Counted from the stretch's first letter, positions 25,971-39,700 are shown. The stretch is DNA of 64,000 nt from Eutreptiella sp. 'Long Island Sound 2002' (GCA_964036045.1 OZ038379.1:4712001-4776000); one strand, 5' to 3'. Program-made: numbers and translations. Notes: a model not told the origin generated them from the sequence alone.

Positions 25971-27575
25971 ACCGAGCTGGTGGAACCAGTCTTGGTTTTA
26001 TAACCCTCTTTAGTGTCTAGGGTGGACCCACTAGGTTTAGCAAGCAAGCAGCAAGCAAGCAAGCAGCAAGCAAGCAGCAAGCAAGCAAGCAGCAAGCAGG
26101 CGCAAAATGGGCAAAAATCACAGCTCCGTCGTGGTGCTTCGGATTCGGCCAAAATTTTGGTGGATGCTACCTATGGGTGTGAGGGACAACCACACAAAAT
26201 ATGAGCCAGAAACTCAACGGTGGCGGCGGGGAATGGGCGTCGCAAGTGCCGGACCTCCATTTCAAAATCTGCAATTTAGGGCCAAAATCAGCCTTTTTTT
26301 TGCCCAAAACCACCCTAAAACCTGCTGAAAACAGCCAATAGTGGCTACTCTACACATGCAGCTAGACTTCTCCGTGCCAAAGGGCCCTTTAGGGCCCTCT
26401 AACTCCACAATATGTCCGCGAACCGCCCCCAACAGGCCCCCGAAAGCCCCAGAATTTGTGCACATTGGCCGCCGACAGCCCCAAACCAAAAACAGACCAT
26501 ATCTTGGGCTACGTGGCTCAGAACGCGATTTCGAGTGCACCCAATCCACTCGCACGAGTGCACCCAATCCACTCGCACCCACCCACTTTTGGTGGTTTCC
26601 ACCCCTCAAAATTGCCCTAACCGATGCCCAGACCCCCGTACCTAGGCCCAGTGGGCTGCGGCAAGCTGCAAGAGGTAACCCAAAGAGGCGGGTGCCAAAA
26701 TGGGTCCACAAAGTCCACCGGGTGCAAAAAAAATTGACTTTTTTCAAAAGTGATCCTGGACCACATGGAATGCCAAAACAAGTGTTTCTGGCGCGTTTTG
26801 AGCTCGTTGTGGCCCATTGTGGCCCTCCTAAAATCCCAAAATGCCTTGAAAATGGGCTGTTTTGGGACAAAAAATGGGTCAGAAATGGGTCAAAAATGGG
26901 CTTTTCCAAAAATGATCCTAGACCATTTGGGGTGCCTAAACAAGTGAAATGCGCCCATTTGAGCCCGTTGCAGCCATTTTGGCCCCTCCAAAGTCACAAA
27001 ATGCCTTGAAAATGGGTTGTTTTGCGACAAGAAATGGGTCAAAAATGGGTCAAAAATGGGTCGAAAATGAGTTTTTCCAAAAATGATCCTAGACCATTAG
27101 GGCTGCCTAAACAAGTGAAATGAGCCCTTTTTGAGCCCATTGCAAGCCATTTTGGCCACGCCAGAATCACAAAATGCCTTGAAAAAGGGCTGTTTTGGGA
27201 TGAAAAATCCGTCAAAAATGGATCAAAATGTGTTTTTCCAAAGATACCTTTGGACTATTTGGGGTGCACACACAAGTGGAATGGGTCCATTTTGAGCCCA
27301 TGTTGAGCAATTTTGGCCCCTCTCAAGGCTGAAAGGGCCTTGAAAATGGCCACTTTGGGACCACAAATGGCTCAAAAACGGGTCAAAACCATGATTTTCC
27401 AAACATGATCCTAGTCCACTTGCGGTGCCCAAACGGATGAATACAGCTCATTTTGAGCCCCTTTTGAGCCGCTCTCGTCCACTTTCGAGTGCGTACCCCA
27501 TTTGTTATTAAAGTGTCCTAGACAATGTTCCTTCCCCCACCAGCTCGGTCCCAATATTCAATCCTGGTTAGGTAG
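25971..27575 (+). mobile_element. Family C copy 1: non-autonomous element with asymmetric 13-bp subterminal inverted repeats
   Basis: ACCGAGCTGGTGG at 25971, CCACCAGCTCGGT at 27537-27549; (AGCA/AGC)n microsatellite; internal tandem subrepeats; preceded by (TTAGGG)2. Confidence 0.8.
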
Positions 27576-27597
27576 GGTTGGGAGTAGGCTGAGGGTC

Positions 27598-28764
27598 ACC
27601 GAGCTGGTGGAACCAGTCTTGGTTTTATAACCCTTTTTAGGGTCTAGGGTGGACCTACCAGGTTTAGCAGCAGCAACAGCAGCAAGCAGCAAGCAGCAAG
27701 CAGCAAGCAGCAAGCAGCACGCGCGAAATGGGGAAAATCAGAACTCCGTCGTGGTGCTTCGGATTCGGGTGAAATTTTGGTGGATGATACCTATGGGTGT
27801 GAGGGACAACCAACAAAGTATGAGCCTGAAACTCAACGGTGGCAGCCGGGAACGGGGGTCGCAAGTGGCGGACCTCAGTTTCAAAAACTGCAGTTTAGGG
27901 CCAAAAACAGCCATTTTTGGTCCAAAACAGCCCCAGAACCCATTCAAAACGGCCAAACAAAGGGAAAGTGTGGGTACACTCCATGTGCGGCTTGACTTTC
28001 CCATGTCAACGAGCCGTTTGCGGCCCTCTAACTCCATGATATGTCCCGGAAACAGCCCAAAAAGACCCCCAGAAGCCCCAAATTTTGTGCAGATTGGCTG
28101 GCGACAGCCACAAACCAAGAACAGGCCATATCTTTGGCTACATGGCTCAAAACGCGATTCCGAGGGCACCTACTCCACCTGCAACCCCCCACGTTTTGTG
28201 GTTTCCACGCCTCAGAATTGCCCAAATGGACGCCTAGACCCCCGTACCCAGGCCCAGTAGGCTACGGCAAGCTGCAAGCTCAAGCCCAAACAGGTGGGTG
28301 CCCAAATGGGTCAATATGGTCCAATAGGGGCAGAAAAATGACTTTTCTCAAAAATGATCCTAGACCATGTGTGATGCTAAGGCAAGTGTTTTTGCACTGT
28401 TTTGAGCTTGTGGTGGCCCATTTTGGTCCTCCGAAAATTCCAAAATGCCTTGAAGATGCGCTGTTTTGGGACCAAAAATGGGTCAAAAATGGGTCAAAAA
28501 CGCATTTTTCCAAAACTCATCCTAGACCATTTGGGGTGCACAAACGGGTGAAATGAGCCCATTTTGAGGCCATTTTGGGGCATTTTGGCCCCTCACAAGT
28601 CCACAAAAGCCTTGAAAGTGGGCCTTGTGGTGAAGGGGATCACTTGCAAGCTCATTCCACTTTGTCAACGGCCTTCAATGTGTGACTCATTGGTGTCCCT
28701 CACCATTCATATCTAATGTTCCTTCCCCCACCAGCTCGGTCCCAATATTCAGTCTTGATTAGGG
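27598..28764 (+). mobile_element. Family C copy 2 (head-to-tail with copy 1)
   Basis: ACCGAGCTGGTGG at 27598, CCACCAGCTCGGT at 28728-28740, then cccaatattcagtcttgattaggg. Confidence 0.8.
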
Positions 28765-30182
28765 GTGGGCGTTAGAGTAAAGGTTGGGTTTCAGGATAGT
28801 GTTGGGGTGCAAAGTGGGGCATACTGGCGTGCGTACAGCACCACGAGAGCAATTGCAATAATGCAGAAGAGAGCGATGATCCAAGTCCACAAAGACGTGG
28901 CTCTCTGTGCTCGCACAGACTTGGCTACTGGATGATCACCACCCAAAGGGATAGCGGGTGCCCTGCGCAAATGGTGATGACGGGTCAGGGGTGGGCATTC
29001 TCAGTCTGGCGCCCTATCGTTGCAGTGCACTGCCATGGCGTGCCACAGGCGCCCCAGGGAAAGGGTTCAACAGCGTGGCCAAAAGCGAATATGACAAACA
29101 GCCCGACACCTCTACACTGACAACATGGCGCACAGTGTTGGACGGAACGTGATCAATATCGCCCTTTCTTGTGCTTTCAGGTGCTCACTTACTGCAGGGG
29201 TTTTCATGTTTGTACATCAGGGCGTTGCGCCCAGTACACATGCGGGAGTGGCTACACAGTGTACGCACGATTTCACGCGTTCAGCACTTGCCTCTTTTGC
29301 GCTCAGGGTGGGGAAGAAACGTTTACATTGGTGTTCAAATGCATGCTCTTTCGTAGGTGCTGGTAGTCAAACTTGGCGGCGTCCTTTCACTGCTGCCGTC
29401 ACGGGTCAGACGTCTGGCATGACATGTTGGGCATGCCCCGGGGTATGTGGCCTTCCTGGGAAGCCTTGACAGGATCCAGGATAAGGAAGAGAGGAGGTCC
29501 CGGCTGAAACTCCGCGGCGGGCGTCACTTGCCACAGGTGACTTGGACAACCAGTGAAGCGGGAACACTCGCAAGGCATGCGCATAGAGGAAACAACTGCG
29601 CTCGGCAAGGGGGGGGCCAACACCACAACCTACCAATGTGCTGCTGCAGAACATTAACTCGAAAAAATGTCACCCGAAATCGCGGAGTTGAAACACCGAG
29701 TGGCGTGTTGGGACAGAGTTGTCGCCCGTAGCCAACGATGTGCGATCTCTCTGTCACCGCGTACTCTGTGCAGCCATTCCTGCATGTGCGCTCGGTGCAA
29801 CACTAACGACTTGATCACCAGGGCTGCAAAGGGAACGATGCGGCCACGGCATTCTTGTGTTGTTGGTCCCAGTAGCAGGGCACACTTTGTGTACATCTCG
29901 CTCACAGCGTACCATAGGATCTGCACTGCAGGACTGAACGGCTCATGTGCTTGGCCTGCCGTGCTGCCCACGAAAGCTGTGGTCCGTCGAATGGCAGAGT
30001 GTTGCCGTGCCGCTTGGCTGCGCTGTTTGATCCGTGTTGGTGCAACGTGGCGGGTTCTGGTGCTAGTGGGTGTCCGCCAGGGTGTCGGTTGGTTTGCTGG
30101 TGTGCTGTATGGTCCGTCGTTGCTGGAGGTGCAGCAAAGGTGCGCCATATGGACTGGGGATTTGTGCTGATTGCACACATAC

Positions 30183-32545
30183 TTTTCAGAAGTGGTATCT
30201 GCATTGAACTCCCATGTGGTGCAGGTGGGCTCATCGGACAGCCACCTCTCGCGTTTGTGGTTGCCCCAGGCTGAGATGAAATACAACGTGTTGGTCAGAC
30301 TGTTGCCATTGCCTCCCTAGGAATGTTGAAAAGCAAACACGGGGTATACACCCAACGGCCAACAGCTCACCCTTTCACTCAATGGCAGAGCGCTCCAGCA
30401 GGGACAGGGGGCAAAGGCAGGGACTGAGGAAGAGGCTGAGGCACGTGCCGGGGCAGAGGCAGGGGCTGTCAAATGAATTTGCCTCGTAAGGTGATAATGG
30501 TAAGTCAATCGGAAGGGCCAACAAGTCGAAAGATGGTGGAGCCGGAACCCGTGAAACACCCTGTCACTTTAACAATACCCAAGCGCCGTAGCTCACTTTG
30601 CACCCTGGTGTGTCTGCTGTGGCACTGCAGAGTATCAAGCTCTCTGTCAATATCAGGCATCGATTCCCTAGTCGCTTGAAATGCCCAGGGAATGAGACGA
30701 AAACGCAGCGCAACACAGAGCAGTCTGCTGTGGTTGACACATGTACTGTGGCACCTCCGCTCTGGCAATCTGGAATGATGCTGCACGGCAGCAAACCGTG
30801 CGACAGGGGAGAAGCAGCTCAAAAGGAATCGTAGGTGACACAGGGATGTAATGACCATATCGTGCACCGCAAAAAAAAAGGCCCTCACTTTCGGACTTGA
30901 TGGAACTTGCAATACGATTTGACATCGTCCCTCTTCAATACACAGGATGGACCATTTACCAGATAGCCCTCCTCTGCAGCATGGCACTGCATTCTGCAAA
31001 TGGTCTTCCCTGAGGGCTTACCCAGCAAATCCCCCTGAACATCCCCATCCAAACGGGTTCCCTCTGGAGCGCAAATTGCATACCGCACACTCCAATGAGA
31101 ACACTCTGTCCGGAAGTTTCAAAGCAGCTGACCAAGCACCGTCCTTGTCAATCATCGCCTGCAGACATGAATGCGAGAGATGGGAGCGCTACCATGCACC
31201 ATGAATTCCTTTGGCCACAAACCAGGGTATTTGGTAAAACTTAGTACCCGATGAGGTAACACTTAGTAAATTTGCTAAAACTTAGTGAAAAAAATTTTTA
31301 AAAAAATTTTTTTACAAAGTTTTACCTTGGTCCACTAAGCCCCCCCCCCCCCCCGGCTGCCGTTTTAAACAAGGTAGTCAACACTTCGATGGTAGGTGGT
31401 ACTTTTGTTTAAGGGCACAAGGCCCCCGAGTCGATTCTCGGCCACTTGTGTCAGTGGCGCCCCACCCAGGCCAAAGCATCATGCACACCAATTAGTTGGC
31501 ACTCGGCCAACATATCAAAAAATAATTGGGGTTGGGCAATAGAAACAAAATCTGTGGGAACTACTTACAAGTAGGTACAAAAGACACACTTGAAAATCAA
31601 GTCGGCCTTGGTATCTGCATGGCGCGGTTTGCCTCGCACTGTGGGATTATTGGTGCACACCCCAAATAGAGCCGTTTTCAACTCCCCTTGCAACTCGGTG
31701 CAAAATGCTTGGTCATTTCTCAGTTGACCACCGGCATTTTGGGGATATTGAGGGGGAATCTTTGCACTGCGCGCTACTTTTAGATAATGTTCCCCCCGAA
31801 GAGCCCCCAGGCAAACCCCTTGGAAACGCCCTTAGAATTAGGTGACCTAAACTGCCGCAGCTCAAGAAAATTGCAAACTACCTTCCCTTCACATAACACA
31901 CATCATGCACAACTGGAAAAGCCATGAACAGCGCATTGGTCGCCACCCTCAAGAACACAGAATTGTCTTTCTGTTCCATTGTCTACTAAGTACCCATGGA
32001 CTCCATCTTGCATTGGCGATTTAACACCCGTAGTGCATCTTGGTAGTACTCCAAGTGGATGAACCCATCTCCCGCCATCCCAACCACCGTGGCAGGAACT
32101 AACACGCCATTGGAGTGGGTGTAGAACACCCGATCGCCAAGCCTCAAATCCATGAAGAAAGTGTGTCTAAGAAAGGAGGAGGGGGGTGTGAAGTCCTGTA
32201 GCATATGTGCAAGCACGATAGATCAATGTGTGCACACGAGCATTGTGCCTTGCCATGCCTTGACACAACCATGCTACGCCTTGCCATGCCTTGACCCAAA
32301 CGTGCTACGCCTTGCAAAACCTCCGCTAGGGGTCACCATGATGCCCCTAGGGGCCCCTAGTATCTCAAAGTATGGGTTTCTAGTACGGCCAGACGCCCAA
32401 ATAGTTGCACTGCACGCGCACTGCGCTTAAGGCTCCCCTTGAGGAGGCACTGCATACCACTTGCGACAGATCCACACACCACGACGGGTGTTAACAGCAG
32501 AAGCAGCAACAACAGTAGGCACACCACGACGGGTGTCAACAGCAC

Positions 32546-32578
<33 letters not shown>

Positions 32579-33747
32579 AAGCAACAGCAACAGCAGCAAG
32601 GTTGGCCGTCCAGAATTGGCGCAACCCAACACAAATCTCCGATTGACACAAGATGGACGCATGCAAGGCACAATGAAGAACCTTACATTCGTGGCATGCC
32701 ATGTGAGGTGTGCCATCACAAGAAAAGCATGTGTCAATGGGGTCCACAGATTTGGGTTCGGGGTACATCCGAGCCACCTCCCAATGTACCGCTAGGGTCC
32801 TTGGGGTGGAGGCCAACTTTGCAAACACGAAGGGCAAAAGGAAAAAGGGGGGCCCACTACCAACCAGAAACAAGCATGGTTGGGCAAAATACTGTGCCAT
32901 TAGTTCCCCTTAAGCCGGGCCAAGCACATTTTTCAAAAGCTAAGCCTGTTTCCTCGAGCGGAAATGCTATGGAGAGGGATGCTGCCAACTTCAAACTTCT
33001 TCTCCATTTGAAGAGGTGATCGGGTGTCTGCAATGGTGACACTGATCACCGTAACATGAGCTTTGACCCACTTTCAAGCGGCCCCAGCAGGTGGCGATAG
33101 CAAGGATTAGAGTAGCAGGCGGATGGGTCTACAGTCAGCACAAGGGGGCAGGGACCCCAATGGGAAGGTGGGAAAGGCGACCGGGCAGTCTCACAGCGCT
33201 GCAGCACAGAAAACAGATGGGCTGCCTCCAGTCCCACATGCCGAATTCTACCCGCAGCAGCACTTGCAATGTCTACATCATTGTGAGATACAACCAAGCC
33301 TAGCTGACACAAACCACGGATATGGAGCCTCTTCCAATCCTCCCCCCAGCCCCCATACTCACAGTGTCATCTCGTGGTCCATGGGCCACAAGCAACATAC
33401 CTGCTCCGCAATCATGAACGTCACGAAGCCACTCTCAGTGCAGAACGGGTCCTGTGGTGCGAGAAATTTGGGGCTTAGCCATGGGGGACCGTCAAGGTTC
33501 ATCAGGCAGGACATCAAGGCTCCACCAATCATTCTTGATCAGGTCCACTCCTCCGGACGCAAATGAGTCCACTTGCACCACCTCCTGGAGGCCACCAATA
33601 CCATTGTGCTGTTTGGGTGTTTGAACCGCTTCTGGACAGAATTTTGAGGTGAGCAATGGTCTAGGCTCAACCACCCGAAAGAAGGTGGCACCCAACCAAC
33701 AATACCACGGATTACAACTGTTTACAACCCATTTGATAACAATAGAG

Positions 33748-33785
<38 letters not shown>

Positions 33786-36700
33786 CGTCCCCGAGCTGTT
33801 TTGGCCAGCCTTACCCTCACATGAAATGCATTCTGCCTTGCGTGGCCTTAATGTCTGGTCCGCGGGCATGGCGATGGGAAAGGTCTCATATGAGGCCATA
33901 TGAGACCCTTGGCTGGGATGCAGAATCTTCACATCACAACACATTTACAAGTGTGGTCGCACTGGTTGGTCAGGATACGGTTGAACAACAAATGAACTGA
34001 CCATTCGCATTGCTGCTGCATTCGCCCCGGCACCCACATGAAGCAAGGCATCATACCCCAATGCAATACTCTTGAAAACGGGGGAAACCCCACTGGACCC
34101 AGAAAGGATGGAACATCAGGTGGACCACCGGGGTGACAGGCAACAGCTGAATCCCGTGGACAAAGAACCCGTTCTGGAAAAATGGGAAGATTGATTGTAC
34201 AGCAACAACAATTGCATCGAATGCACGAACGAATGAATTGCACGGACAAACATCGTCTGCTTGTTTGCACGAAGAACCACCCAACCCTCAGGGGGGATGA
34301 CTGTAGACGGCAAGACATACCGAACCAAAATAGGTTTGGAATTCAACAATCAAATCATGCACAATCCCCACAATGGTATGCTTGAACTCCTGTAGATAGA
34401 GCACCCATCACAAGTCAAATACGGGCAGGCATGTGGGTTTCTGGAGGCTGACTGACGCAGTGCAGCACCCAACTGAGGCTTAATGCTGAAATGTCAAGGA
34501 TTAGCCCCAAAATTGCGAATTCCAAACCTCAAATTCGCGAATTCGAGTGAAGAAATGCGCTCAGTCCGTCATGATGGAGACTTTCACCGTACGCGTGCTC
34601 ACCTGCACTGTGGTCTACGCACTGGGCAGACGCCCCCTGTTCAGACGTATCTGAGTCACGAAAGGTGGCAGTCGATGGGGAACGAAGCGTTACCTTTGGA
34701 TAGATATCCTGGTTTGACGGGACATGCCAGTAGAAATTGGTACTGTGCACTTCCATCTGCAACAGGGTCTCTCCAACGGTTTGCACTAGGGGTTGGTTGG
34801 TGGCCTGAGCGGAGAGGAACGTACTAAAGACCGAGGCCTGCTGTCCCGGATGGCGGTGGGGGGCAATTTCGCTGGACCCCCCCCCCCGCCACTGCAAAAG
34901 CGGCTTCCATTGACCGCACCCCCTTAGCCCCCCGGCATGGTTTCAGACAAATGGACATGGCTCCCTTTGAAGCAGCACGACAAGGGGGTCTGGGCTCAAT
35001 GGACAACGGAAGGAAAATCCGCCGGGGGTTCACAAGGAAACGGTGGTCCAATGACCAGTTGATGGCTGATGGCAGTCATCTCAGGGATTCTGTGCCAGAA
35101 CAGTGTCTCCGTTTGCCCGCTGCTTTGCACTGTGATTTTCTTTCGGGCCGTTCAGGGCAAAATTTGCCATCTTTGAGGCAATACCTTTTCTGGAAATTCT
35201 GGAATCCCTGTAGAGAAGCAACTTGCATTGTGTGGGAGGGGGGAGGCCCGCCTGCCATCCATGCAGAGTTCCTGTTGACAAAGGGGGGTACGACCTGATT
35301 CAGGTGAGCTAAGCAAAGGTGTATGTGGGACCTTCGGTCGACTTAACCTGTTTACCACAGCCACCAAGAGCTACTAGATGCACCCACTCAAAAACACACA
35401 ACTCAGGGGTCAACAAGCCTTTCATGATGCGAAAAAAAATGACCCCTCGGCAACAGTTGTAGTCACTGGGAAGGTGAGGGCATTCAGAGCTACACAGCCC
35501 AAATTTGCCAAACCCATGTGGTTGCATGCCCTCTCCCACCATTGCACCACATCAAAATCGGGGTCATCAACAACCCTTTGCTTCCTATATAACTTCCACT
35601 CACCAGATGCACACAACACCTCCATTTCATCTGCCGTGAAAAGATTGGGACAATTCTTAATATCATTTGGCATGCTGTCACGTTGCCTTGGATCAAACAC
35701 CCGCAATTTATTTTTGTTTGTCCTTGTTGCTTGCTTGGGGACCTTGCTGTTTCAGGGGCGGAGATAATGGTTCCGACGTGCCTGCTGCGGTTTACCTTGC
35801 GGATTTTGTTTTTTGCTATCGTTTGGTAGGGATGAAGTTCTAGGCGTGTAAATCGTGCGCTGAGCTATGGTTTTCGAATTTGTAAGGATTTCCTCGAAAT
35901 TTGGTTTTGTTGAAGTTCTAGGTATGCAAATCGTGCGCTGAGCTATGGTTTTCGAATTTTGTTTTTTGGTCTGGATTTTGGGAATTGGATTTCAGGGACC
36001 TTGTTGCTTGCTTGGGGACCTTGCTGTTTCAGGGGCGTCAGTTGTGTTATGTAATATTTGGAGATGACTGCCAAACACTTTTGAGCAACCTCATCCAATT
36101 GTTTTCGGTAATAATTCTACATATCATCATTTTGCAACAAGCTGAGTATAGGCTGCACGGTGACCAGCCTAGACACATCTTCCGCAGATGCCTCCAGTTG
36201 GGCCTCCAAGGCTTGAACCCTAGTGCACAACCGATGACCAAAGGGGAGCCCAATCCCACAATGCGGTCGTTTCGAGTCGTTTCGTGTTTCACGGGGTGCC
36301 CAATCCCGGAACTTTGGTTGTGCCAACAACACGTACATCGTATGTCAGACTATAGTTGTGTGTTATTGTGTGTCTCGCAGCAATGCACGGAACCGGTTGA
36401 TGCATGCACTTCGCACCCCCCAAAAAAAAGCTCCCTAGGGGATAGATCCATCTACGACTTTCACTACAATATGCATTTCTCAATGCACCGCTTGCACTGC
36501 GTCTGTCCCAAGCCCCCCGCCATAGTGCAACGTCTCATGCACCTGCCTGTACACCTCAAGTAATCGTCTATGTCCGCAACCTTTTGGAGTCGCTACTCGA
36601 CTTCCGTTGTGGTGCTTGTCACTTCTGTGCCGATGAAACTGCCAATGCTGTCTTCCCACTTTGCGCTTGCTTGGCTTGCCCACGGGGTTGCTTGGCGGTC

Positions 36701-39700
36701 TTTTTGTACACTTTCTTCTCTGTCCCGCTGCGACGACCACTTGCTACATAACCCTTGCGTTCTTGGGGGTCCCCATGAAAGGGGACAAGAGTGGCCTGCG
36801 TTAGGTCGTCAATGGTAAAATGCTCTGAGGGGTGGTCCTTAAGGGCGGCCCTGAAAAGAAAAATTTTTTGGTTCCTTGAGGACCGCCCCGATCAGAAGTG
36901 GCCCAAAAGTGGTACATTGGCTGTCCATATCCTCCACACAACGGGCAACTTTTCTCCAATTGGAATGGCAGTGGGAGGTGGACTAAGCAAACCCTTCACC
37001 CCAAAAGGGGGGGGGGGGGTTTCGGCTATATGAAAACCTTACTTTTGCCTAAAATTTTGGCCATAGAAAAAGAGGGGGGGGGGTACGTAAAACCCCCCAT
37101 GGTGTCATTCTCCGCACATTCGCCCCCCCCCCCGTACTTGCCCCAGTTTGCAATGCGGTCATCCACTCACGTTCTTTGCAACATTTTCTGGGCTCCAAGC
37201 TGTCTTGGTTTCATTGGTTTTGCTCTTTTGGCAGGAGTAACAGCAGTGGTTGATTGGGATGCTGGTGAAATTAACAAACAAAACAAATGCACAGATAGCC
37301 AGACAGCTGTGACACTGAGGTATCCTATCTGTCAGCTGAAGAATTCCCAAACATAAAATGCCTTTTTCTAGTGTTCAATCCTGCAACCCACTGAATTGGG
37401 CTAGGGGGGGGGGGTTGATGTGATGGGTCCCAATACCCTGGGGGATATGCTGCATGGCTAAAACAGCGCTGGTCAGACCGCCATAAGAGTTCTGGCAACA
37501 GGCGCATAACCAGCACAGCCCTTTCCACGATGGATAGGGGGGTGCTGCTAGAGCAAACGCACCGGTTGACCATCGCATCATTTTCCGCTTCCTTGAGCCT
37601 GGGGGTGGTAAAATAACCGACAGCCGCAGGAGGCGAACCGACAACGGTTGGTGGATAGCCTACGGCAGCTGCACGACGGCGTTCGGAAGGGCAAAGGGGG
37701 TCTTCAAGGGGGCGGTCTTCAGCAAAACCAAAAAAAGAGAGGAATCGGGTCCTGCTTCAATCGTGGATATCAGGGGTGGCTTTGGCAGTGAGAAGGACTG
37801 GAAACCTGACTGGGGGCATATGTGAGGGCCTTCTTAGCAGGTGTTACAGGAGCTCTTCATTGGGGTGCTAGGGTTCTCCCCAATCAAGACGTTTGGAGGT
37901 CTCCTCATTGGAAGACATTGGGGAATCTCCTATCAATTAACCATGTTCGGGGCCCTGCTCTGCGGGGGATGGGAAAGGATGTATCCACATTCATCCGCAA
38001 CACGCATACTTCTGCCAGATCGGCACGTCTCGTGGGCAGTTGGTGTGCACGAGGTGCCCGGGGGGGGGGGGGGGCACAACGTGCACGGGGACGGCGGGGG
38101 GCTGAATGCGCACCAGGCAAGCGCCCGCGGTCACTTTGCGCCTCGTCTGACGAGGCGCGCAATTCTAGCCAACCACTCGCAACACGGTTCAAGAGCACAT
38201 CCTTTCGCTGGTGAAAGCGAAAGGACGCACGCTTTGTAGCAGACGCCCAGGGACTGCCATACCTGTCCATACAAATAAATGCCGTACCACGCATTCACGG
38301 CCTCACTGGTTGACTCTTGGCCTTTACCGTTGGGATCTGAGTAGATTCCCAGAGCCCATGAATGGCCTGTGAAAAGCGTTATGATGAGGACGAAGCAAAC
38401 AGAGTTCACGGGCAGAGAGCCAGTGCGGAGAGGCGTGGGGGAGGAAGAGCAAAATCTGCGCCAATCAGGACCAAGCGCACCGATCTACAACGAAGGGCAG
38501 AGACATGATACACAGCACACCGCCGAGAGGGCACTTGTCAGAAAGAAGCAAGCAAGAATCAAGTACAAGCCTGGTATTAAGTGAAGGGGGAGGGGGTGCT
38601 AGACCCACCACCGATTGGCCTTGACCCCCCTCGCCCAAAGTCCAAATGCTGTGACCATTGGCACGCTGCTTGGTCAAACACAAAAACCCATTGGCAAATT
38701 GCTTGGAAATCAATGAGTACCACCTGGGGATCCGCTGGCCCCCGGCCCCTGTGTTACAGTTCCCGCATCCGTTGTGGTGGTGGGCACCCTCCGAACTTCA
38801 CTGTCTTGGGAATGATTGAGTTTGTGACGCACTGTCGGTGCCGGCGTGGGGGGGGGGGGGGGAGAAACAGGAGCGGACAGGCAACTATCCCTGCTGTTCC
38901 CCGGTGGCCTGGGGCAATAAATGTAGACAATCTATTCATGAAAATTCAAACCAATGCGGATGTACGAACTGGCACCCTCACTCGGCCTTTCTGGCGACCA
39001 CGGCCCCCATGGAGGCTAGCCAATGCAACCACCAACGCCCTTCTGTTCCCTCCCTCACACACAGGGGGACCTGTGACCACACACGAGCAATCATGGACCA
39101 GAAGCAGAAAACATGCAAAAACCGGGACCAAACAGTTGATGACATGCAGCAGTGACAGCTTTGACACTGGTGATGTGAGGTGTGGAATGCAAACTTCACC
39201 ACAGCAGTTTTGGATGTTACGTGAAACCCGGTGCAAAAAGTTCCTAACCCCTGTGTCTATCACGAACAATGGCTTGATTCCTCAATTAAAATCCTCAATT
39301 AAATCCAATTTTGCTCTACGCTTTACGGTGGTGGGCACACAGAGTAAGACAGACAGGTCCGGTAGGGTGAGCTCAACGGGCCGGCCCCAGCACCAGCCCA
39401 AGGAGCTGACACAATCGCATCCCCCCGAGGGCATCCTGCACAGGGCCCGTGGTGTGTCCTCGCAGCCCTGTGCGCCCTGCACAGGGCCAGTGTCGTTCCT
39501 CCCGGGAACAAGCCAGTGGCCCTGTGCCCCCATGACTCCCCAGGTTCAGAGACTGACCAGGTGCCCAGTTTGGCATTACATGAAAGTCTTGGACTGAATT
39601 GATGGCAAAAAAAAGGCGCCCCAGGGCAGTGGGGCTCCTTTGCACGTGCTTGCGGCGCGGGTCACATGTGTGCCTGAAGGCGGTATCGTTCTTCCCACTC

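Noticed and set aside
26262-28556. ORFs of 140-220 aa within family C
   Set aside because: Not conserved in frame between copies; no transposase, Rep or RT motifs.
38581-39597. 338-aa ORF
   Set aside because: No recognisable motif; spans a poly-G run; antisense within a GH81 intron.
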